From the NCBI GenBank assembly GCA_004297205.1, contig SCUL01000002.1, positions 594,893-658,892 of the forward strand: 64,000 nucleotides of DNA. The letters run 5' to 3'. The notes beneath the pieces were generated by a model. That model made no database searches. It was given only the letters and a program-made list of their open reading frames with translations, and was not told where the DNA came from. The stretch's first letter is position 1, and every line of letters begins with the position of its first letter. This DNA is from Patescibacteria group bacterium. Its GTDB lineage: Bacteria; Patescibacteriota; Patescibacteriia; 2-12-FULL-57-11. Shown here in pieces: positions 8,566 through 16,555 of this stretch. A program made the translations under genes and the position numbers.

Positions 8566-9648
8566 TCAGCCCAGGAGATCGGCGACGTGCCGACGGACCC
8601 GGGCGACCTTGTCTTCCCAGCTGGTGTCCTCGACGCAGACGAGGCGCGGATGATCGGCCCAGGCCTCGCGCACGCGCGTGCCGCGCACCACGGCCTCCGC
8701 GTAGGACTCGGCGCGCGCCGGGTTGTTGGTCCGGTCACGCGCGTAGATCTCCGGCGGCGGCGGACAGAGCCAGACGACGGCGTCGTACTGGCCGAACTCG
8801 TGGCCGGTCTGCGACTGCAGGACCTCCATGAGCTCGGACACGCCGCCCTGCAGGTAGGCCGCGTTGTCCATGAGGCCGCGATCCAGGAGCAGCGCCCGCT
8901 TGCCGTCGCGCAGCGCCTGGTCGGCGCTGGCCTCCTCGAAGCTGCGCTGGACACGCGCCACGACGCGCTGGAAGCGCCGCGCGGCGAGCGCCTCCGTCGA
9001 CGGCCGGATCCCGACCTGGGCGATCAGGGTCGTCGCCACCTCCGGCACGCAGTGGACGGCCGCGCCGAACTCCTTCTTGAGCAGCGCCATGAGCGCGCTC
9101 TTGCCGGAGCACGGCCCGCCCGTCAGCACGATCCGCTTCATGGCCGTGGGCAGCAGCTCGCGCACCGGACGCTCGGGAAGGTCCTGCGCCAGATCCCGCA
9201 CCAGGTACGCCAGGTGCAGGTTGGTGAGCGAGTCGGTGACGTCGCGCGCCTTGCCGATCCAGGGCGGCAGGCTGGTCCAGGCCTGCTCGCTGGCCAGCTC
9301 CTTCTCGGCGATGATGAGGCCGGGCAGCGGTGCATCGAAGACGTCCACCGTCCAGCCGTCCTTGGCGTAGCGGGTCTTGTGCAGGACGGCGAAGCAGCTG
9401 CGGAGAAGCGTCTCCGCCGCCTCGACGGACACCGCATGCTCGCATTCTTCGCGCACCAGACCCCTGCCGGCCTTCCGGGTGATGACGGCGTTGCGCGTGC
9501 CCTGCAGGTCGGTGCTGATCCGCACCCGCAGGCTCGTGCCCGGCGGGCTCTCCAGGTAGCCCTGCTCGATCGCCACGCGCGGCGACCGCCGGAAATCCGG
9601 ATCGATCTGCGTGACCACGAAGCGGAACTCGATTTCCACGTTGTCCAT
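8566..9648 (-). CDS. CYTH domain fused to a NadR/TTD14-like P-loop (AAA_28-type) domain
   Basis: N-terminal EIEFRF, IEQGYL, LRVR, KTRY, DVF, AEKEL (CYTH); C-terminal RIVLTGGPCSGKS, VPEVAT, LLDRGLMDNAAY; SD GGAGG before ATG 9648. Confidence 0.8.
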   Translation of the reverse strand: MDNVEIEFRFVVTQIDPDFRRSPRVAIEQGYLESPPGTSLRVRISTDLQGTRNAVITRKAGRGLVREECEHAVSVEAAETLLRSCFAVLHKTRYAKDGWTVDVFDAPLPGLIIAEKELASEQAWTSLPPWIGKARDVTDSLTNLHLAYLVRDLAQDLPERPVRELLPTAMKRIVLTGGPCSGKSALMALLKKEFGAAVHCVPEVATTLIAQVGIRPSTEALAARRFQRVVARVQRSFEEASADQALRDGKRALLLDRGLMDNAAYLQGGVSELMEVLQSQTGHEFGQYDAVVWLCPPPPEIYARDRTNNPARAESYAEAVVRGTRVREAWADHPRLVCVEDTSWEDKVARVRRHVADLLG

Positions 9649-9868
9649 GAACGGTCCTCCCCGTCGACCGTACCGCGTCCGCCGGAATAAAAAAAGCGCG
9701 CTCGGAGAGTGCCTCACGCATCGGCGAACCGATGTGTGGGAACCCCCCGAGCGCGTGGGGATGCCTGCGGTGATCGCCGTCCGGCGATCGGTGCAGGCAT
9801 GTCCTGCCGTACTGCGTGGCAGGACCCGCCGCTTCCCCCGGCGACGGCCGACGCGACCTGCCGTGCGA

Positions 9869-10786
9869 TCAGGCGGAGAAGGCGGCCTGCGCGCCCGCGG
9901 GCAGGGGGTTGCCCTGGCGCGGGTAGGTGCGGATCTCCTTCGTGCCGTTGCTGGCGCGACCGATCGACGAGACGAACTGCTTGTTGGTCGTGTGGCCGAT
10001 GTAGTACTCGCCGTCGCCCTGCTTGGCGGGCCCGACGAGGATGTCGCCCTTCGGGTTGCGCGTGAGCAGCCCGGTGAGGTCGACCTTCTGGTAGCGGAAG
10101 TCCTCGCGCGTCACGACGACCGTGCCGCTCTCGAGGTCCGTCTTCGAGAGGAACGCGAGGTTCGCCCCGAAGTCGGCCTTCTCGGTCCAGCGGTTCTCCG
10201 GCAGGATGCGGCCCTTCTCGTCCACCGGCGTGAAGACCATGCGGTTGCCGAGCGTCCCGATCGCGCCGACCGAGCCGAGGAGCCGGATGTTCCGGATGTC
10301 CCACTCGCGGCCGGCGCTGATCTTGTGCATGCCCTCCGTCGTGCCGATGAAGCTCTCGACCGGCTTGTGGCCGTGCCGGAGCGCCAGCGCCGTGCAGCCG
10401 TACTTGCCGGCCGTGCGGTGCGCGTCCGCGACCATGAAGAGCATCGACTGCACGCACCCGAGGAGCTTGGTCAGCGGGTGTCCCTTCCCGAGCGCGCTGC
10501 CCGCGAGGATGTGCTCGAGACCGCTCTCGACGGCGAGGTGGAGCTTGCCCCCGTCGGTCTCCATCCACGCCACCTCGAGGAAGTTGCCGATCTCCTCGTC
10601 CGCGACCGGATCGTGGGAGGCCTCGTCCGCGACCTCGCCCCACCGCAGGAAGACCTGCTCGCCGTCCGGCGCGATCGCCAGCTGGCGGAGGTTCCCCGCG
10701 GTCACCTGCTTCTGCATGATGAGCGCGATCGCCTCGGAGATGGCCACGGTGCGGGCCTGGGTGTTCGACTTCTGGTAATGATGCAT
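9869..10786 (-). CDS. Hypothetical protein (orphan, 305 aa)
   Basis: Strongly GC3-biased codons, GGAGG SD upstream, no recognised motif. Confidence 0.75.
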   Translation of the reverse strand: MHHYQKSNTQARTVAISEAIALIMQKQVTAGNLRQLAIAPDGEQVFLRWGEVADEASHDPVADEEIGNFLEVAWMETDGGKLHLAVESGLEHILAGSALGKGHPLTKLLGCVQSMLFMVADAHRTAGKYGCTALALRHGHKPVESFIGTTEGMHKISAGREWDIRNIRLLGSVGAIGTLGNRMVFTPVDEKGRILPENRWTEKADFGANLAFLSKTDLESGTVVVTREDFRYQKVDLTGLLTRNPKGDILVGPAKQGDGEYYIGHTTNKQFVSSIGRASNGTKEIRTYPRQGNPLPAGAQAAFSA

Positions 10787-11194
10787 CGTTCTTCGCCTCC
10801 GAACTCCCCGTGGGGAGGGTCATTGTCCCGTCGTCCGCAGACGGCGCCCCCCATGGGCAACCGGTGCTTTGGTACGGGTTCCCCCGAGCGCTGACCGGGC
10901 GCCGGAGTCGGGTATTGGTGCGGCAGCTCCGTGGGGAGATGCCGAGGCAGACGACCCAGGGCGCCCACCTTTTCAGGCCGGAAGTAGCCCCTTGGTTCCC
11001 CCGCCTTGGCGGGGGATGGTTGGACGAATGCCGTCGTCCCCGGTACAGCACCGAGCCCGTTTTCGACCCGGCAGCGGCGGCCTTCCCTGGAAAGCGGCTC
11101 CTGCCGGGCCGCAGTGGCCCGGAGTTCCTGCCGGAATCCAGCAAGAACGGTGACGATGTGGAAAGAGCGAAATCAAAAGGCCCCTTGCAGGGCG
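10787..11194 (-). ncRNA. ~400-nt structured 5' leader or ncRNA upstream of the orphan gene
   Basis: Promoter at 11201-11229; nested helices with G-U pairs on - strand; long-range pairing TCGGTGCT-GTAC / GTAC-CAA-AGCACCGG. Confidence 0.55.
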
Positions 11195-11200
11195 GACAAG

Positions 11201-11229
11201 AGCATATCGTCTGATGCCGGGAGCGTCAA
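11201..11229 (-). promoter_or_regulatory. sigma70-type promoter
   Basis: TTGACG-17 nt-TATGCT on - strand. Confidence 0.7.
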
Positions 11230-11308
11230 GCGTCGAATGGGGATAATCCGAGGGGCTTGACAGAACGACGAAAAAAGGACAAAGGTGGTGCAGCCGCGGA
11301 GGTGCGGT

Positions 11309-11740
11309 ATGGAAAAAAGTTCGGACCAGGATGGTCCGCCGACACGCAGAGAGCGGCCGGAGCGTCCGTCGACCAAGCTCCTCTTCCCCAGGGTGTTGGT
11401 GGTGGGGACGGAATCGCATCTGCGCAGCAAGATCCTGGGACTGCTGCAGGCGCGCGGCTTCAAGGCCGAGGCGCTCGACAGCGGCATCGGCGCGATGGAG
11501 GCGATCTCACGGGAATCGTACAACACGGTGGTCGTCCTCGATCTGATCGACGCCATGAGTCAGGAAGCGGTCATTCGCCTGCTGCGCGGCAACGCGCGCA
11601 CCAAGGATCTCGGCATCATCGCCTTCGTGGATCCGCGGGCAGAACCGCCGGAGGGCGTCGACACGACCTTCGGCAAGGGGACGCTTTCCAACCTCACGGA
11701 CGTCATCGCGGACGTCTGCGAGGCGCGCGCGGGGCGCTGA
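11309..11740 (+). CDS. Atypical response-regulator receiver domain protein
   Basis: RVLVV...LLQARGFKAEALDSGIGAMEAI...VVLDL...LLRGNARTKDLGII; lacks the acidic pair after beta1; SD GGAGG. Confidence 0.65.
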   Translation: MEKSSDQDGPPTRRERPERPSTKLLFPRVLVVGTESHLRSKILGLLQARGFKAEALDSGIGAMEAISRESYNTVVVLDLIDAMSQEAVIRLLRGNARTKDLGIIAFVDPRAEPPEGVDTTFGKGTLSNLTDVIADVCEARAGR

Positions 11741-11801
11741 TCTGCCCCACAAACGCGAACGCGCCGCCCCCCCCGGGGACGGCGCATCTTTTTTTCTTTT
11801 T

Positions 11802-11876
11802 TGGAGGCCACGGCCGGAATCGAACCGGCGAATGAGGGTTTTGCAGACCCTCGCCTTCCCACTTGGCTACGTGGCC
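11802..11876 (-). tRNA. tRNA-Cys(GCA)
   Basis: GGCCACG...CGTGGCC-TCCA, anticodon arm AGGGT-CT-GCA-AA-ACCCT, U73. Confidence 0.95.
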
Positions 11877-11955
11877 GGGCTCGCGCAAGATGCGCGCACT
11901 GTAGCAGCCGTCCTGCTATAATTCAAGCCTCTTTCCTCCGTATTTCCCCAGGAAC

Positions 11956-14874
11956 ATGCCCATTCCCTACCTAAAAACCCCAAAGAACCTGCACACCCTG
12001 GCACCCAAGGCCGGCCGCATCGCCGGAAAGGGCTTGGCGCGCCTGCGTGCCGGCCTTTCCAGCGTCTTCGCCCGGGTCCGCACCTTTTTGCGCAACAGCA
12101 AGAACCGCGGGCGCATGGCGAGCTGGGGCGCGAACCTGCTGTTGGGCGGCGTGCTCATCACGGTCGTGGCTGGTGTCTCCGGTGCCATTCTCGTGGCCTG
12201 GCTGGCCGCGACCTTGGGCGATCCGGCCAAGATCCTGGAAAGCCATCAAGTGCAGTCCACGAAGATCTACGACCGCACCGGCCAGACGGTCCTCTACGAG
12301 GTGGCGGCGGATGAGCGCCGCACGGTGGTGGCGCTGGCCGACATCCCGCAGCACGTCCGCGAGGCGACGATCGCCATCGAGGACCGCAAATTCTACGAAC
12401 ACAAGGGGCTGCGCATCACCTCGCTCGTCCGCGCGGTGCTGACCGACATCTTCTCACGCAAGCTGGCGCAAGGCGGCTCGACCATCACGCAGCAACTCGT
12501 CAAAAACGCCATTCTCACCAACGAAAAACGCATCACCCGCAAGATCAAGGAAATCGTCCTGTCCTGGCAGATCGAACGCAAACTCACCAAGGACCAGATC
12601 CTCGAGTTGTACTTCAACGAGATTCCCTACGGCGGCGTGACCTACGGCATCGAGGCGGCCAGCCGGCAGTTCTTCGGCAAGTCGGTGCGCGACCTGGACC
12701 TGGCCGAGGCGGCCATGCTCGCCGCCATTCCGCAGTCGCCGACGCGGTACTCCCCCTACGGCAACCACACCGACGAGTTGGAAAACCGCCGCAAACTGGT
12801 GCTCCAAAAGATGGTGGACGAAGGGTACGTCACGCAAGACCAGGCCGAGGCGGCCAAGGCCACGGACGTATTGGCCCGCATCAAGCCGCGGCGCGATGCC
12901 ATCACCGCGCCGCACTTCGTGATCTGGGTGCGGGAACTGCTCAGCGAAAAATACGGCGACACGCTGCTCACCAAGGGCGGCCTCAAGGTCATCACCACGC
13001 TCGACCTCGACAAGCAGCGCCTGGCCGAAGAGGCCGTGACGGACGGCATCGCCGGCGTGGAGAGGTCCGGTGGCTCCAACGCCGGGCTCGTGTCCATCGA
13101 CCCGCGCTCGGGCGAAGTGCTGACCATGGTCGGTTCGCGCGATTACTTCGACGAGGAACATGACGGCGCCGTGAACATCACGCTGCGTCCGCTGCAGCCG
13201 GGTTCGTCGTTCAAGCCGGTCGTCTACACCGCCGGCTTCTTGAAGGGCTACACGCCGGACACGGTGCTCTACGACGTGAACACCACCTTCCGCACCGACA
13301 CGCGCAACTACGAGCCAAAAAACTACGATCTCAAGGAACACGGCCCGGTCACGGTGCGCACGGCGCTCCAGGGTTCCCTGAACATCCCGGCCGTGAAGAT
13401 GCTCTACCTCACGGGCATCGACCGCGTGCTCGACCTGGCCGAAGCGCTCGGCTACACCACGCTCGGCGACCGCAGCCGCTTCGGCCTGGCGCTCGTCTTG
13501 GGCGGCGCGGAAGTGAAACCGATCGAGCACGCCGCGGCCTTCGGCGTGTTCACCAATGATGGCGTCCGCATGCCGATGACCGCCATCCTCAAAGTCGAAG
13601 ACGCCTCCGGCCGCGTGCTCGAAGAATGGAAAAAGGGGGAAGGGACGCGCGTCTTGGACGAGCAGTTCGCCCGCCAAATCACCAACATCACCTCCGACAA
13701 CGAGGCCCGCGCCTACGTCTTCGGCGCCCGCAACTACCTGACCTTGCCGGGCCGCCCGGCGGCCACCAAAACCGGCACGACCAACGACTTCCGGGATGCC
13801 TGGACCGTCGGCGGCACGCCGTCGCTCGTGACCGCCGTCTGGACCGGCAACAACGACCACAGCGAAATGCATCGCGGCGCCGACGGCTCCAAGATCGCCG
13901 CGCCGATCTGGCAGCAATACATGAGCGAGGCGCTCAAAGGGACGCCGGTCGAAAACTTCCAGGCGCCTGCGCCGGTCAAAACCGGCAAGCCGATTCTGGA
14001 CGGCGAGCTGATGCCGAAGACGACCGTCATGATCGACCGGGCCTCGGGGCTGCTCGCGACGTCCTCGACGCCGGACAGCATGATCGAGATCCGCGAGTAC
14101 ACCACGGTCCACGATACGCTCTTCTGGGTGGATCGCGACGATCCCCGCGGTCCGCCGCCGTCGAACCCGGCCAACGACCCGCAGTACACGTCCTGGGAGG
14201 CCTCCGTGCAGGCCTGGGCCACGAAGCAGGAGGGGCTTGTCCTCGAGGCGCCGCCCACCGAATACACTACGGTGCGCGACCCCTCGACCTTCCCGCGCGT
14301 CCAGCTGCTCTCGCCGGCGGAGAACGCGACGCTTGCGACCCGCGACTTCACGGTGTCACTCGACATCAGTGCGCCGCGCGGTCCGGTGCGGGCTGTGGCG
14401 CTCCTGGACGGCCAGGTCATCGGCTCGTCGTCCGTCTATCCGTTCGCCGGTCCGTACACGATCCCGAATCGTTTCGGCAAAGGCTTCCACACGCTCGAGA
14501 TCCAAATCTTCGATGATGTCGACAACATGGGCTCCGACCAGTCGACGATCAATCTGACGGCCGACCCGGCACCGCTCGGCGCCAGCTGGATCGTGCCGAC
14601 CCAGAGCGCACGCATTCCGCTCTCCGAGTTCCCGGTCAGCCTGCGCGCGGCGCTGAATGATGATTCCGGCGTGCGCTCCCTCGAATTCCTGGCCACGGAC
14701 ATCGAGGGGGGCGAGACGCGCTCCCTCGGCTCGGTCTCGAATCCCGGCACGCGCCCGGTCGTGGCCCGCTGGGACAGACCCGCCCCCGGCAGCTACCGTC
14801 TCTGGCTCAGGGTGATGCTCGAAGACGGCCAGCAGGAAACCATCCGCGACGAACGCCAAGTCGTCGTGGAATAA
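11956..14874 (+). CDS. Class A penicillin-binding protein (PBP1A family) with C-terminal Ig-like domains
   Basis: EDRKFYEHKG, GGSTITQQLVKN, RKIKE (transglycosylase); SSFK, SLN, KTGT (transpeptidase). Confidence 0.95.
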   Translation: MPIPYLKTPKNLHTLAPKAGRIAGKGLARLRAGLSSVFARVRTFLRNSKNRGRMASWGANLLLGGVLITVVAGVSGAILVAWLAATLGDPAKILESHQVQSTKIYDRTGQTVLYEVAADERRTVVALADIPQHVREATIAIEDRKFYEHKGLRITSLVRAVLTDIFSRKLAQGGSTITQQLVKNAILTNEKRITRKIKEIVLSWQIERKLTKDQILELYFNEIPYGGVTYGIEAASRQFFGKSVRDLDLAEAAMLAAIPQSPTRYSPYGNHTDELENRRKLVLQKMVDEGYVTQDQAEAAKATDVLARIKPRRDAITAPHFVIWVRELLSEKYGDTLLTKGGLKVITTLDLDKQRLAEEAVTDGIAGVERSGGSNAGLVSIDPRSGEVLTMVGSRDYFDEEHDGAVNITLRPLQPGSSFKPVVYTAGFLKGYTPDTVLYDVNTTFRTDTRNYEPKNYDLKEHGPVTVRTALQGSLNIPAVKMLYLTGIDRVLDLAEALGYTTLGDRSRFGLALVLGGAEVKPIEHAAAFGVFTNDGVRMPMTAILKVEDASGRVLEEWKKGEGTRVLDEQFARQITNITSDNEARAYVFGARNYLTLPGRPAATKTGTTNDFRDAWTVGGTPSLVTAVWTGNNDHSEMHRGADGSKIAAPIWQQYMSEALKGTPVENFQAPAPVKTGKPILDGELMPKTTVMIDRASGLLATSSTPDSMIEIREYTTVHDTLFWVDRDDPRGPPPSNPANDPQYTSWEASVQAWATKQEGLVLEAPPTEYTTVRDPSTFPRVQLLSPAENATLATRDFTVSLDISAPRGPVRAVALLDGQVIGSSSVYPFAGPYTIPNRFGKGFHTLEIQIFDDVDNMGSDQSTINLTADPAPLGASWIVPTQSARIPLSEFPVSLRAALNDDSGVRSLEFLATDIEGGETRSLGSVSNPGTRPVVARWDRPAPGSYRLWLRVMLEDGQQETIRDERQVVVE

Positions 14875-14900
14875 AAAAGAGAGCCGACCCGCGAACGGTC

Positions 14901-15101
14901 TCAGAGACCGTGCTGATCGGCGATCTGCTTGATCGTCTGCAGGGAGACCTTCCGCTCCTGCGAGACGGCATCGAGCGCCTGCTCGCGCGTCTTCCCCTGC
15001 GCCATGAACGCCTTGATGCGTTCCACGATGGCGGCCTCCGCGATGTCGCCGGTGCGAACACCGCGGGTGCCCTTGAACCGGCTGTCCTTTTTCACGGTCA
15101 T
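14901..15101 (-). CDS. Small hypothetical protein, loosely YoaH/UPF0181-like helical domain
   Basis: GGAGG SD and upstream TTGAC; VERIKAFMAQGKTREQALDAVSQE. Confidence 0.6.
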   Translation of the reverse strand: MTVKKDSRFKGTRGVRTGDIAEAAIVERIKAFMAQGKTREQALDAVSQERKVSLQTIKQIADQHGL

Positions 15102-15177
15102 GGTTCCTCCGCCGTTGTTGTGCAGCATTTTTCCCAAATAGTCAAGACCCGCCTCATGGGCGGGTCTTTTCTGTTCG

Positions 15178-16323
15178 CTACACCTTGATGGGCATCACCA
15201 GGTACAGGTAGTCGGCGGTAGCGGCCTGCGGCGTAATCAGGCAGGGCGCGTTGGCGTCGATCACCTGGAGCTTCACTTCAGACAGGTCCATGGCGTTCAA
15301 CCCATCGAGCAGATAGCGGTAGTTGAGGGTGATGGTGTTCTGGTCGCCCTTGATCTCCGTGGGCGTCAGGACTGCCTCCTGCTCGCCGACCTGGCTGTCG
15401 GTAGCGGAGAGCTTGAGCGTGCCTTCGGAGGGTTCATAGGTGAAATGGACGTCGTACAGGCCGGTCCGGGAGAAGAGCGCCGCCGCCTTCACGGCTTTGA
15501 TGAGCTGGTCGCGGCTGAGCACGGCAAAGGTCCGCGCCTTGTCCGGGATGACCGCCCGGTATTCCGGATAGTTCCCCTCGATGGTGCGCGAGACCACCTC
15601 GACCGCGTCGTAGACGAACAGAATCTGCGAGTCGGACAGCGCGATCTCGAGGGTGGCCGGGCTGTCCGGACCGTCCTTGAGCGAGGACAAGATGCGCTGG
15701 ACTTCGGCCAAGGTCCGGGCCGGAACGATGACCGAGCGCTCGCCGGCCGGTTTCCCGCCTTCGTGGAGCGCCACGCGGGCCTCGGACAGGCGGTAGGAGT
15801 CGGTCGCGGCAAAGATCAGCGTCCCGTTCGGACCGTCCGGCGAGAAGCGGAGCAAAACGCCGGAAATCTCAGGGCGCGACTCGTTCGGGGAGACGGCGAA
15901 GATGACGCGCGAGACCGCCCGGCGAAAATCGGAGACCAGCACCCGGAACGAGGAATCGCGGGACACCTTGGGGATGAGCGGAAATTCAGAGGAGGGCAGC
16001 CCTTTGATCTTGGTGCGGCTGGATCCCGACGAGACGGTGGCGGTTTCGCCGTCGGCGGTCAGGTCGACCCGGTCGCCGGTAAGCAATCCCACGTAGTCGG
16101 CCAAGAGGCGCGAGGGCAGCGTGCATTCGCCGGGCTCGTCGACCTTGCCGCGCACCTGGACGGTCACGGCGATCTCCAAGTTGGTCGTCGCCAGCTGGAT
16201 CGATTTGTCCTCGACCTTGATCAAGACGTTATTCAAGATCGGTAGGTTCACGTTCTTCGTGGCGATGTGGCTGACGGCCGCCAGGCCCTGGATCAAATTT
16301 TCCTGTGTGCACGAGAATTTCAT
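15178..16323 (-). CDS. dnaN: DNA polymerase III beta clamp
   Basis: LPILNNVL, ATTNLE, ATDSYRL, IEGNYPEY, YLVMPI; downstream of dnaA. Confidence 0.97.
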   Translation of the reverse strand: MKFSCTQENLIQGLAAVSHIATKNVNLPILNNVLIKVEDKSIQLATTNLEIAVTVQVRGKVDEPGECTLPSRLLADYVGLLTGDRVDLTADGETATVSSGSSRTKIKGLPSSEFPLIPKVSRDSSFRVLVSDFRRAVSRVIFAVSPNESRPEISGVLLRFSPDGPNGTLIFAATDSYRLSEARVALHEGGKPAGERSVIVPARTLAEVQRILSSLKDGPDSPATLEIALSDSQILFVYDAVEVVSRTIEGNYPEYRAVIPDKARTFAVLSRDQLIKAVKAAALFSRTGLYDVHFTYEPSEGTLKLSATDSQVGEQEAVLTPTEIKGDQNTITLNYRYLLDGLNAMDLSEVKLQVIDANAPCLITPQAATADYLYLVMPIKV

Positions 16324-16555
16324 GTGGATCGGTATATATATCCAATAGACGTAATCGGCGTGGGGATACCGGGGATAACCCCGAAATTTGCCGACATGTC
16401 CTCACGATTCATGAACAAGCCCTTGGGGACGACGACCTGCACGGACTGTCGACGGACAGGGGACCGCCGTTTCCGAGCTGCCGCGCCTGGGGATGACGGT
16501 CCTCCTTATCCCCATCGCCATCCTCGGGTGCGCAGCTCTTTTCCCCAACCTGTCC
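16324..16555. other. Replication origin oriC (dnaA-dnaN intergenic)
   Basis: Multiple TT(A/T)TCCCCA-type boxes (16361, 16370, 16488, 16506, 16539); tandem boxes followed by a GC patch, degenerate trio-like tract and TATATATA next to dnaN, as in the Bacillus unwinding region. Confidence 0.75.

Noticed and set aside
11075-11120. Cobalamin riboswitch (GCCACTG...GGGAAGGC on - strand)
   Set aside because: Flanking conserved elements (GGGAA..GGTG..AATCC, GCCCCCGC, B12-box AG.CAG.AGACC) are absent and the downstream gene is unrelated to B12; cmscan would settle it
8500-11876. Integrative island at tRNA-Cys
   Set aside because: No duplicate of the tRNA-Cys 3' end near polA and no integrase in the block
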